Part shown: positions 26,934 through 35,713 of the stretch, one piece after another
How the letters are laid out: the number at the start of each line of letters is the position of its first letter
Numbering within the stretch: the first letter of the stretch is position 1
Sequence record: SRR31156797_3020
Strand: one strand, 5' to 3'
DNA: 35,713 nucleotides
Notes under the pieces: generated by a model
Seen by the model: only the letters and a program-made list of their open reading frames with translations
Told to the model about the DNA's origin: nothing
The model's database searches: none
Position numbers and translations under genes: made by a program

Positions 26934-27908
26934 ATGGACGATGATAATCGCTACTTTACTATTTTAGATTCTTTACCGGACCATATCTTTGTCTTTTCTG
27001 AAACTGGCGTTTATGTCGATGTTTTTGGCGGCGACGAAAATGCAACAGGGTTTGACTGTAAGCCTTTTATTGGCCGGACACTCCATGATATTGCTCCGCC
27101 AGATATGGCGGATATGTTTCTTTCTTTTGTCTCCAAAGCCTTAGCGGAGAATACGACGCAAAAAGTGAAATATCGATTTGGCGAGACGGACATGATAGAG
27201 CTACCCGCCGATGTGCCACATCCACAGGAGATATGGTTTGAGGGAACCATTAAACCACTCCCTCTGATGTTCAACAACCAAAGAACGGTTCTTTGGATTG
27301 CGAAAAACATCACTCAACAGCATGTCCTTGAGCAGCGGTTAAAAGTCTTATCGGAGATGGATGAGTTAACCAAGATACTGAATCGCCGTTCAATAACACA
27401 AGCACTCAAAGATGCCATCGACGAATACCATCAATTTGGTCGAGTCTTCTCTCTTCTTATGTTCGATATCGATAATTTTAAACGTATCAATGATACCCTT
27501 GGGCATCCTATCGGTGATGAAGTGATTCAATTTGTCGTTAAATTAGCCAAAGAGGAGTTACGAGGGAGTGACAGCATCGGACGTCTTGGTGGTGAAGAGT
27601 TTCTTATCATCCTTCGTGATTCGGATTTAACCAGCGCCTTTAGTGTAGGTGAAAAAATACGTCAACATATTGAGACGAATGTGTGTTCGTTTGATGAATA
27701 CGATGTCCGTGTCACGATTAGCAGTGGTATTACCGAAGTCTCTGTTGAAGACGTTTATTCGAGACACCTTATTGCGAGGGCCGACATGGCGATGTACTAC
27801 TCCAAAGAGTACGGTCGTAATCAAACCACGTTGTATCGCCCAGAGTTACAGTACGAAGACACAGAAAGGTCACGCTGCGTCTGGCTCACGTCGAAGTCTA
27901 AACGTTAA
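26934..27908 (+). CDS. PAS-GGDEF diguanylate cyclase
   Basis: ILDSLPD PAS start; DELTKILNRR, DIDNFKRINDTLGH, RGSD (RxxD I-site), GRLGGEEF. Confidence 0.93.
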   Translation: MDDDNRYFTILDSLPDHIFVFSETGVYVDVFGGDENATGFDCKPFIGRTLHDIAPPDMADMFLSFVSKALAENTTQKVKYRFGETDMIELPADVPHPQEIWFEGTIKPLPLMFNNQRTVLWIAKNITQQHVLEQRLKVLSEMDELTKILNRRSITQALKDAIDEYHQFGRVFSLLMFDIDNFKRINDTLGHPIGDEVIQFVVKLAKEELRGSDSIGRLGGEEFLIILRDSDLTSAFSVGEKIRQHIETNVCSFDEYDVRVTISSGITEVSVEDVYSRHLIARADMAMYYSKEYGRNQTTLYRPELQYEDTERSRCVWLTSKSKR

Positions 27909-28325
27909 TCTTTAGGTATAACTCTCTAGTTTTATGTGTTTTTTAATGATGTCTTGTTCAACAAAACTAACATTAAATTGGGAATCGTAATGTCAGGGAT
28001 TGGCGTTAAAGGGCTTATTGTAAACCTCAATCGGGGGCTTTTTCAGAACAATGGAGCAACTGTAGCGGTTGAGTGAATCTGACCACTTGATTCGAGGTGT
28101 GTGAATCCGTGAGGTACTAATTTAGAAAGTTCACTGACACGTTAATGTCCCCAAACACGTTTGAGGCGATCTCCCCCTTACCGGCATCAATTTCATGTTT
28201 ACCTAGGTTAAAATGCGAGTCACTTCTCGATAGTTCAGTTGTTGTTTAACTATGTATGATGAACTATGAGTTTTAACTCATAGTGTTGGGTATAGTGTAG
28301 CCATTGATTACTGGACGACGAAATA

Positions 28326-28715
28326 ATGAAAAAGTTACAGAGTGTCGCTTGGGTGTTACAGCGAGACGGTAAAGTTTTGTGTGTTAAAACCAAAGGCAAA
28401 GATAAGTACTTCATCCCAGGTGGTAAGTTAGAAGTTGGTGAAACACGGCAGCAGGGATTGGTTCGAGAGATAAAAGAAGAGCTTAATATCGATTTACTTG
28501 AAGCCACCATCTCTCATCAGTTCACGGTGGTCGATGTCGCTTACGGTTTAGATGATACAGAACTCGAAATGTACTGCTATTCGGCGGATTTTAGCGGCGA
28601 AATTACACCTAATGCAGAAATCGAATTGTTACAGTGGTTCGATAAATCGAACATTGAAGAATGTGCGCCAGCTGCTCAGAAAGCCGTGGCTCAGGTGCTT
28701 CTGGATATTAATTAA
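28326..28715 (+). CDS. NUDIX hydrolase
   Basis: PGGKLEVGETRQQGLVREIKEELNI Nudix box. Confidence 0.93.
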   Translation: MKKLQSVAWVLQRDGKVLCVKTKGKDKYFIPGGKLEVGETRQQGLVREIKEELNIDLLEATISHQFTVVDVAYGLDDTELEMYCYSADFSGEITPNAEIELLQWFDKSNIEECAPAAQKAVAQVLLDIN

Positions 28716-28754
28716 CGTCAGTTAGACGTAAAAATAATCCCAATTAGGAGTGAA

Positions 28755-29546
28755 ATGGAACGACTATTAAGTGGTCGCGAAAATTCAATTTTTCGCATAG
28801 AAGATAAAGTGTGTCGTCCTGCTGGAGCTTGGTCTTCTTCGGTGCATCAACTCTTAAAACATCTGGAGAATGAGGGATTCAAGTCTGCTCCTAAATCCTA
28901 TGGTTTTGATGAAAAAGGCAATGAAATATTATCTTTTGTTGAAGGTGACGTGTTTAACTATCCGTTAACCGGTGCCGTTGCAACCGATGAGGCTCTCATC
29001 TCAGCGGCTCAGTTGTTACGTAAGCTTCATGATGCCTCCAGCTCTTTCGTTGCTCAGGCTATAGCTGAGAACTTACAGTGGATGTTACCCAGCCGTGAAC
29101 CGGTTGAAGTGATTTGTCATGGGGACTACGCGCCCTACAACGTTTGCCTGCAGGGTAACCACACGGTGGGAGTGTTTGATTTCGACACCGCCCATCCTGC
29201 ACCACGAGTTTGGGATATTGCTTATGCGGTGTATTGTTGGGCACCGTTCAAAACCCATCAAGCTGATGCGATGGGTGACATTCAATCTCAAGCCGTGAGA
29301 GCAAAGCTGTTTTGTGACGCATATGGTCTCAGCGTTGATGAACGTGAATCGTTAGTCACAGTGCTTATCACAAGGGTACAGGCTTTGGTTGACTTTATGT
29401 ACCGTGAAGCAGAAAGCGGCAATGAAGCCTTTATCGCGAACATTCGAGATGGTCATCATCTGGCGTATTTAGTGGACATAGAATACTTGCAGATTAATGC
29501 ACCATTGATTACCGATGTTTTAATCGCTCCAATAGTACAACCTTAA
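28755..29546 (+). CDS. Aminoglycoside/choline kinase-like phosphotransferase (APH family)
   Basis: CHGDYAPYN Brenner motif, FDFD, LRKLHDAS; SD AGGAG. Confidence 0.88.
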   Translation: MERLLSGRENSIFRIEDKVCRPAGAWSSSVHQLLKHLENEGFKSAPKSYGFDEKGNEILSFVEGDVFNYPLTGAVATDEALISAAQLLRKLHDASSSFVAQAIAENLQWMLPSREPVEVICHGDYAPYNVCLQGNHTVGVFDFDTAHPAPRVWDIAYAVYCWAPFKTHQADAMGDIQSQAVRAKLFCDAYGLSVDERESLVTVLITRVQALVDFMYREAESGNEAFIANIRDGHHLAYLVDIEYLQINAPLITDVLIAPIVQP

Positions 29547-29592
29547 TTGTTTAATATGGGTGATTTGTTTTCACTACGAAATGGAGTTTTCC

Positions 29593-29952
29593 GTGTTTAT
29601 CAAGCAAGCCTCTGAATTATCTGGTGCGACTCAAAGAGCGATTCGATTGTATGAATCTCTTGGGCTAATCGAGGTTGCTCGCAGCGGCAAATATCGTGTG
29701 TACACAGAGACTCATATTAAGTTGATCAAGATGATCAAAGAGGCTCAAACGCTCGGTATTCAGCTGTCTGAAATTGTGAGTCTAAAAAGTGGAAAAGACG
29801 ACTTTGATTGGCAAACGGTGAGCGATATTCTGATTGAAAAGCAGCGAGTCGTAGAGCAGCAGATCAAACAGTTACAACAACAAAAAGAGCGAATTAAGCA
29901 GTATCGGCAATCGATAGATATTTGTATTGAAGCGCTTGACTCTAACCTATAG
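29593..29952 (+). CDS. MerR family transcriptional regulator
   Basis: GTG start at 29593 after GGAG; IKQASELSGATQRAIRLYESLGLI, R.GKYRVY, C-terminal coiled coil. Confidence 0.9.
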   Translation: MFIKQASELSGATQRAIRLYESLGLIEVARSGKYRVYTETHIKLIKMIKEAQTLGIQLSEIVSLKSGKDDFDWQTVSDILIEKQRVVEQQIKQLQQQKERIKQYRQSIDICIEALDSNL

Positions 29953-29967
29953 GTGAGACGTTAAACT
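29936..29967 (+). promoter_or_regulatory. MerR-type long-spacer promoter with dyad operator, overlapping the end of merR
   Basis: -35 TTGACT 29936-41; dyad TCTAACCT-AT-AGGTGAGA 29941-58; -10 TAAACT 29962-67 (20-bp spacer). Confidence 0.75.
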
Positions 29968-29997
29968 CGACTTTTCTTCATTACAGGTCTTTAGATT

Positions 29998-30573
29998 ATG
30001 AAAAAAGTACTGGTTATTAACGGCAACCCTAAAAGTGAGAGTTTGTGTCAATCGTTAGCGGATAAGTACACCCATACCGCGTCTTCCGAGCATGATGTAA
30101 GACAAGTGAATCTCAGTGAAATGAGCTTTGAAATGAGTTTAGATCAAGGGTATGACATTGTTACCACACTCGAAACCGATCTATTGCATTTCCAGCAATC
30201 TATTACATGGGCGGATCACATTGTTATTGTCGCGCCAGTGTGGTGGGGGACGTTGCCCGCGAAGTTTAAAGGTGTGATAGATAGAGTCTTCTTACCTAAC
30301 TTTGCGTTTAAATATGTCACAGGCAAAGCTTTTCCCAAGAAACTACTATCAGGGCGTAGCTCTGAGCTGATCATTACTATGGATACCCCGCCTTTTTATT
30401 ATAAATACTTCAAAGGGAATGCTATTTATAAGCAGCTTAAAACCTCTATTTTAGACTTTTCGGGGATTAATAATCGCTCTACCACATATTTCGGGCCCGT
30501 CATTGGCTCGACCGAAGACAAAAGAAAGCAATGGATCGATAAAGTTGCAAAACTCGCAAGCCAGCTAAGGTAA
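29998..30573 (+). CDS. NAD(P)H-dependent (quinone) oxidoreductase, flavodoxin-like fold
   Basis: VLVINGNP...SL, WADHIVIVAPVWWG..PA.FKG.IDRVF.P.FAF, TMDTP. Confidence 0.92.
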   Translation: MKKVLVINGNPKSESLCQSLADKYTHTASSEHDVRQVNLSEMSFEMSLDQGYDIVTTLETDLLHFQQSITWADHIVIVAPVWWGTLPAKFKGVIDRVFLPNFAFKYVTGKAFPKKLLSGRSSELIITMDTPPFYYKYFKGNAIYKQLKTSILDFSGINNRSTTYFGPVIGSTEDKRKQWIDKVAKLASQLR

Positions 30574-30747
30574 CCCATGGTTGTATTCTAATTATATCCA
30601 ATGGGATTATTGGTTTTCCGCACACGGAATGAATGATAAGTTCCGAGGGAAGCGGTATTTGCCTAGCGGTCCATGTTGTGGAAGTTGGCATTAGCACTGA
30701 GTTAATGCCTTCTTAAGGTCTGGTTGAATAAGGAAGCGATTTAGAGA

Positions 30748-31194
30748 ATGGATGTCAAACTTGTACCGCTTGTCGAACAAGAATTCGATAGTGTTTTTAA
30801 AGTAGTGAAACAAGGGCTTTACCCGCATGTTGAAGCCGTGTTCGGTTGGTGCGATTCGTTTCAGCGCGCGCGTTTGACTAGTGATTACCAGACTGAATGG
30901 TTTAACTGGGTTGAAGTCGATGGCAAACGTATCGCGCTACTGTGTTTCAAACCGTATGACAATGCATTTCATATCCATTTACTGATTGTGTTTCCGGAGT
31001 TTCAGAATAAGAAATTGGGTACAACCATCATGCGATACGTACATGAAATCGCTCGCACTCAAGAGCGCGATAAAATCACGTTATCGAGTTTCAGTTGCAA
31101 TCAATCTGCCATCAGGTTTTATCAGTCTTTGGGGTATGAGATCACTCAGACTGACTCCGAGTTTCACTGTTTATCCTTAACTGTAAGTTCATAA
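30748..31194 (+). CDS. GNAT family N-acetyltransferase
   Basis: VFPEFQNKKLGT motif A; N..AIRFYQSLGY motif B. Confidence 0.9.
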   Translation: MDVKLVPLVEQEFDSVFKVVKQGLYPHVEAVFGWCDSFQRARLTSDYQTEWFNWVEVDGKRIALLCFKPYDNAFHIHLLIVFPEFQNKKLGTTIMRYVHEIARTQERDKITLSSFSCNQSAIRFYQSLGYEITQTDSEFHCLSLTVSS

Positions 31195-31447
31195 ATCCAT
31201 CATTAAAATTGATGGATTACGTGTGGCACTTAAAGTCTGAGTAGAGTGCCAGTAGACAAGAGCTTATACACTGGGTTATAGGTGTTTGGGAGCTGGTAGT
31301 TTTCACAATAGATTCAAGTTATGTCTCAGAAAAACGACTCAGGGCACACATTTATTTTGCTAACCTATTTACTTCAAGGTTGGCAGAGTTCTCTAACACA
31401 ATATAAATAGTCAAATCACGATTTAGTGAATCAAGGTAAATGAAAAT

Positions 31448-31885
31448 ATGAAAAAATTAGCGGTGTTAACGTTGTTATCTTTGGCGGCATTTTCTACTCA
31501 AACTTTGGCCAGAGATGATGTTGGTGCGTACTCCATTGAAAAGGTGATGAGTTCAGAAGGGGCGAAATCGAAATTGGGTTCAGGTATCAGCTTTTATTTT
31601 GGTGAACAGAAGCACGCTGAAGTTACCCAAGCGTTCGGTGAGTTTAAAACCAACAAGAAAACTAATGCCCTTAATAAATCCGATGAAGAAGCGTGTAATT
31701 GGGTATTTTTGTCAGCCATGATTGCATTAAAAGATCGCGCGGTTAAAGAGGGTGGCAACGCAGTGGTCGATATTAAATCGAACTACAAAAACAACCTGAC
31801 TACTAGCACAGAAACTTTCCAATGTGGTGCTGGTACCTTTGTCGCCGGTGTTGCATTAACGGGCAAGGTCGTGAAACTAAAGTAA
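31448..31885 (+). CDS. Secreted small protein (family often misannotated as excinuclease subunit)
   Basis: Signal peptide MKKLAVLTLLSLAAFSTQTLA; TNKKTNA.NKSDEEACNW.FLSA, GGNAVV.IKS, CGAG..VAGVALTG. Confidence 0.85.
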   Translation: MKKLAVLTLLSLAAFSTQTLARDDVGAYSIEKVMSSEGAKSKLGSGISFYFGEQKHAEVTQAFGEFKTNKKTNALNKSDEEACNWVFLSAMIALKDRAVKEGGNAVVDIKSNYKNNLTTSTETFQCGAGTFVAGVALTGKVVKLK

Positions 31886-31903
31886 TTACCTTTATTCGAG
31901 CTA

Positions 31904-31934
31904 AACAAGAAGCGGCATTTGCCGCTTCTTTGTT
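31904..31934. terminator. Bidirectional intrinsic terminator
   Basis: AAGAAGCGGCA-TT-TGCCGCTTCTT between convergent genes. Confidence 0.85.
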
Positions 31935-31954
31935 ATTGTTTTGAGGAAGGGCGG

Positions 31955-33112
31955 TTATAGAGCCAGTTTTAGGATTTCAGCCGCATCATCAGGCGTAATG
32001 TCACCGTGTTCACCCAAAGCAAGCATTCCATGTTGTAACAGTTTCTCTTTCACAGCAGGAATGGCCGATTCATCCAAACCATAGCCAGAAAGGGTGGTTG
32101 GATTGCCCATTGAAGCAAAAAACTGTTCTGTTTTCTGAATCGCGAGTTCGATCTGCTCATCTTCGGTTCCTGATGTGATACCCAGAACACGATTGGCGTA
32201 TTGCAGCAACTTACCTTTTTTCTGCTCTTTTTTGTATCGCCATAGCGATGGCATCACTATCGCAAGGGTTTGCGCATGATCGAGGCCATACAAAGCTGTG
32301 AGTTCGTGGCCAATTGCGTGCGTAGCCCAGTCAGTTGGAACGCCATTTTTTAATGTACCGTTAAGCGCCATCGTGGCTGTCCACATAAGGTTCGCGCGAA
32401 CGTCATAATCTTTCGGCTTTTCTAGCGCGACTGGACCATCTTCCAGAATGTTTACTAATAGGCTTTCTGCAAAGCGATCAGAGACTTTTGCATTGACTGG
32501 GTAAGTCATATATTGCTCCATGATATGCACAAAGCTATCAACCGCGCCATTGGCTATTTGACGCGCTGGAAGCGAATAAGTCGTTTCAGGGTCTAGAATC
32601 GAAAACGCAGGGCGCACGAGGTTTGAACCAAATGAAAGCTTATCTTGTGTTTCTGCACGGGTGACCACGCTGTTGCGGTTCATTTCTGAACCGGTGGCTG
32701 GCAAAGTTAACACACATCCAAGGGGAAGGGCGGTTTCAATGCACTTCCCACCGGTAGTGATGATATCCCAAGAGTCACCTTGGTAACATGCACCCGCAGC
32801 AATGAACTTACTGCCATCAATCACTGAACCGCCACCTACAGCAAGAACGAGGTCGATTTTTTCCTGTTTTGCTATTTCGACCGCTTTAACCAGCGTTTCG
32901 TAGTGTGGGTTCGGCTCAATTCCGCCAAACTCAACGACAGTAAAGCCTTCAAGTGCAGCAATGACCTGATCGTAAACCCCGTTTTTTTTGATACTGCCTC
33001 CACCATATGTAATTAAGATACGGCTGTTTGGGGCAAGTTCTTCTTTGATGGTGGCAATTTGACCTTTACCAAAGTGAACTTTGGTTGGGTTGAAGTAGGT
33101 AAAGTTATTCAT
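31955..33112 (-). CDS. yqhD: Iron-containing NADPH-dependent aldehyde reductase/alcohol dehydrogenase, YqhD-like
   Basis: TYGGGSIKKNG, GGIEPNP, AVGGGSVIDG, TLPATGSE, DWATHAIGHELTA, DHAQTLA. Confidence 0.92.
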   Translation of the reverse strand: MNNFTYFNPTKVHFGKGQIATIKEELAPNSRILITYGGGSIKKNGVYDQVIAALEGFTVVEFGGIEPNPHYETLVKAVEIAKQEKIDLVLAVGGGSVIDGSKFIAAGACYQGDSWDIITTGGKCIETALPLGCVLTLPATGSEMNRNSVVTRAETQDKLSFGSNLVRPAFSILDPETTYSLPARQIANGAVDSFVHIMEQYMTYPVNAKVSDRFAESLLVNILEDGPVALEKPKDYDVRANLMWTATMALNGTLKNGVPTDWATHAIGHELTALYGLDHAQTLAIVMPSLWRYKKEQKKGKLLQYANRVLGITSGTEDEQIELAIQKTEQFFASMGNPTTLSGYGLDESAIPAVKEKLLQHGMLALGEHGDITPDDAAEILKLAL

Positions 33113-33411
33113 AGTGTCTCACAACTTTTTTGGTGTATTTAGTTTGCTCGGTACCAAGCAACAAGTGATCTTGAAGAGTTTAGAGAGCCAGTACTACCAA
33201 GCTTTATTTGAAATCAAATGGATATTTTTATCACTTATTGGGTGTCACTTTACGATCAAATCCATATTGGGTTCAAGTCATCCGCACTGGTCACGAACAT
33301 TTGATAAATACAGAAAAGGCTTAATTTCCCTTTTGATGATGGACAACGGTATGCTTATTGTTGCTTGAACAGCTATGATTTAGCGAAAACATTCTAATCT
33401 AAGGACACCCA

Positions 33412-34836
33412 ATGCCCAAAACCCAGTCTCTAATCGAAGGTCCTATCAATAAAGCACTGCTTTCTCTGGCCATTCCTATCGTTTTTGGTCAACTTTTGCA
33501 GTCGGCTTATCAACTCACGGATGCATTTTGGGTTGGCCGCTTAGGGGCTAACGAAGTGGCGGCGGTGTCGGTCAGTATGCCTGTGACATTTTTAGTGATT
33601 GCATTAGGTGCTGGGTTAGCGATGGCTGGTGCCACACTCACGGCGCAATACATGGGTGCCAGGCAGATGGACAAGGTAAACCATGTTGCAGGGCAAACCA
33701 TGTTGATGGTGTTCATCACTTCGGTTGTTTTAGGATTTATTGGCTATCTTCTGTCGCCCTATTTTCTTAAGTTGCTCGGGGTTGAACAAGCGGTTTACAC
33801 CAACGCGCTCAGTTTTATGCGTATCTCATTTGTGAGTGTTATTTTTGTCTTTGTTTACAACATGTTCCAAGCATTAATGAGAGGCATCGGGCAGGTAAAA
33901 ATACCGTTGTATATTGTTCTTGGCACGGTACTGCTCAACTTCATCTTAGATCCGTTGTTCATTTTTGGTTTAGGCCTTTTTGATGGACTTGGTGTGTCTG
34001 GCGCGGCATTAGCCACGTTGGTAACACAAGCTTTAGCGGCGTTGACGGGCTTTTACATTTTGTCTAAAGGGAAACATGGTATCCATTTAAAATGGCGAGA
34101 CTTATCTCCGGACTGGACATACATCAAACGTGCTTTCTTTTTAGGTGCTCCAGGTTCGGTTGAGCTTTCTGCTCGAGCCTTAGGGTTGATTACGATGTCA
34201 TTCTTAGTGGCCAGTTTCGGTACGGTGACAATTGCTTCTTATGGCGTTGGCTCGAACATTCTTCAGTTAATTACCATCCCTGCCATGGGCCTATCGATGG
34301 CGGTATCGACTTTAGTTGGGCAAAATTTAGGGGCGAATCGTATCGATCGTGCGGCGAAAATTACGGTTATTGGCTCTGTGTGGAGTTTTGCGATGTTAAC
34401 TGTGATTGGAGTCGTTGCGTATTGGTTTGCTCCGAATGTGGTGAGATTTTTTATTCCTGATAACCCATTGGTGATAGAACAAGGCGCCGCATTTTTGAAA
34501 GTCATGTGTCTTTCTTGGGGCTTCATCGGTGTTCAATTATCGATTATGTCGGCTTTTAGGGCTTCAGGAAACATGACCAACAGTATGATTCTATCTCTGT
34601 TAACGCAGTGGGTGTTCCAGTTCCCGTTGGCTTACATTTTGTCTAAACACACCTATTTGGCGGAAGCTGGGATATGGTGGTCTTTTACTGTGACAAACGT
34701 ATTAGTCGCATTGGTTGCGGTTGCTTGGTATGCCCGTGGTAGTTGGAAGAAAACTCGTATTATTGAGCAAGATGATATTGAAACATTAGCTACATCAGAA
34801 GAAGCACTGATTGAAGTGGGTGAACGCAGGGCTTAA
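33412..34836 (+). CDS. MATE family efflux transporter
   Basis: LAIPI, D.FWVGRLG, NFILDPLFIFG, GVSGAALAT, VGQNLGA; about 12 TM segments. Confidence 0.94.
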   Translation: MPKTQSLIEGPINKALLSLAIPIVFGQLLQSAYQLTDAFWVGRLGANEVAAVSVSMPVTFLVIALGAGLAMAGATLTAQYMGARQMDKVNHVAGQTMLMVFITSVVLGFIGYLLSPYFLKLLGVEQAVYTNALSFMRISFVSVIFVFVYNMFQALMRGIGQVKIPLYIVLGTVLLNFILDPLFIFGLGLFDGLGVSGAALATLVTQALAALTGFYILSKGKHGIHLKWRDLSPDWTYIKRAFFLGAPGSVELSARALGLITMSFLVASFGTVTIASYGVGSNILQLITIPAMGLSMAVSTLVGQNLGANRIDRAAKITVIGSVWSFAMLTVIGVVAYWFAPNVVRFFIPDNPLVIEQGAAFLKVMCLSWGFIGVQLSIMSAFRASGNMTNSMILSLLTQWVFQFPLAYILSKHTYLAEAGIWWSFTVTNVLVALVAVAWYARGSWKKTRIIEQDDIETLATSEEALIEVGERRA

Positions 34837-34938
34837 AACACTGTCAGTCTTTACTTATTGCGCTTTTGGGGGATAGGGAGGTTTTGCTCGAAGTGGTACT
34901 TTAATCGAGTTTACTCTCTATATCAGTTGTTATTTATT

Positions 34939-35713
34939 ATGCGAAAATTATGCTCAACTCTTGCGTTAACCCTACTGCTTGTTGCTTGCGGTAGTGATGA
35001 CTCAGCGGAGTACTCTTCATCGAACTATGTTAACGATACCGTTAACAGCATGGTTCTCGCCAATGATGCGACATTACTAAATGCGTCACCTAATGCAAGT
35101 TGGGCTAAAACAGGGCACATCAATCAAGGTATACCCAGAGGCGATGCCGCACCAAGCTGGTGGGCTGATGATATCGTCGATAGCAGTTTGACAACATCGG
35201 AACCATGGAATGCTTTGACGGCGTGGTTTACGGTGTTTGAGTCCGAAACCAATAACTTACAAAATGCGAACGTGCATTACAGTGATTTTGAAATTTGGCT
35301 GCTGAAAGGGAGTAATGTTGAAAGTGCTTCGTGGCAAAAGGTAGCGACAACTCCGACATCCTGGGCTTCATACTATGACACCGATATAGTCACATGGCTG
35401 GGCAGCGCTTTGCCCAATGATTCTGCGGGCTATTATGAGTTTCAACACCCCAATATTTTGCATGGTGGCACCAGTAAAGTCAGTTTTGATGGTAGTGATG
35501 TATTAGGCGTGTTTGTTCGCACTAAAGCCTGGCTTGATAGCTCTGATGCTGATGCCGAACTTCTGATCTCGATTGGTGTTGATTACTATCCAACGTCGAA
35601 CCGTTCGGTCGCGAATGGCGACTTTGCTAATGCAAACTACTTACCTGGAGCGGGCACCAGTCGTTTCGTGTACCTCTCGACTCAACCAACATGGTATTAC
35701 ATGGCTAATATTT
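34939..35713 (+). CDS. Lipoprotein of unknown function, runs off the window end (absent from the ORF track)
   Basis: MRKLCSTLALTLLLVA-CGSDDS lipobox; frame open for 258 codons to the end; rich in Trp, Tyr, Ser and Asn. Confidence 0.85.
   Translation, partial: MRKLCSTLALTLLLVACGSDDSAEYSSSNYVNDTVNSMVLANDATLLNASPNASWAKTGHINQGIPRGDAAPSWWADDIVDSSLTTSEPWNALTAWFTVFESETNNLQNANVHYSDFEIWLLKGSNVESASWQKVATTPTSWASYYDTDIVTWLGSALPNDSAGYYEFQHPNILHGGTSKVSFDGSDVLGVFVRTKAWLDSSDADAELLISIGVDYYPTSNRSVANGDFANANYLPGAGTSRFVYLSTQPTWYYMANI

Noticed and set aside
30715-31285. GNAT gene as a further integron cassette (GTTGAAT at 30723; hairpin 31194-31218; ACGTGTGGCACTT)
   Set aside because: No complementary inverse core at the stop and no convincing attC right end; at best a very old relic.
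33114-33368. 84-aa ORF between yqhD and the MATE gene
   Set aside because: No SD, covers the divergent promoter region and has no recognisable motif.
33686-33705. GGGCAAACC resembling the start of a c-di-GMP-I riboswitch
   Set aside because: Lies inside the MATE coding sequence, and the rest of the motif is absent.
1-35713. CRISPR arrays, tRNA/rRNA genes, integrases, transposases, prophage or recognisable defence systems
   Set aside because: No regularly spaced identical repeats or diagnostic motifs were seen by eye.

Overview
35.7 kb of Vibrio-like chromosomal DNA, judged from gene content (probably an accessory-rich region; species not determinable). In order: a GGDEF diguanylate cyclase, a divergent pecM/pecS-type EamA/MarR pair, an MmcQ/YjbR protein, cheV and ppiC. 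Then three genes (S66 peptidase, DsbA-like protein, DUF2867-like protein) that are decayed integron cassettes with degenerate Vibrio-type attC sites and no integrase in the window. Next come a TetR-MFP-RND efflux operon and an auxiliary Trp-tRNA synthetase preceded by an unannotated Trp-Trp leader peptide and attenuator. An AT-rich glucitol/sorbitol island carries two diverged srlAEB PTS sets, srlD, an unannotated 40-aa membrane peptide, gutM, srlR and a divergent gutQ-fsa operon. After it are a PAS-PAS histidine kinase convergent with a REC/HD-GYP regulator, a PAS-GGDEF protein, small detox/accessory genes (NUDIX, APH-like kinase, MerR plus NAD(P)H oxidoreductase, GNAT), a secreted protein, a yqhD-like ADH, a MATE pump and a lipoprotein cut by the window end. 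The most interesting signals are the trpS leader/attenuator, the orphan cassette array, and the doubled polyol PTS with its small protein and gutQ-fsa pair. All calls come from manual motif reading; no searches were run.
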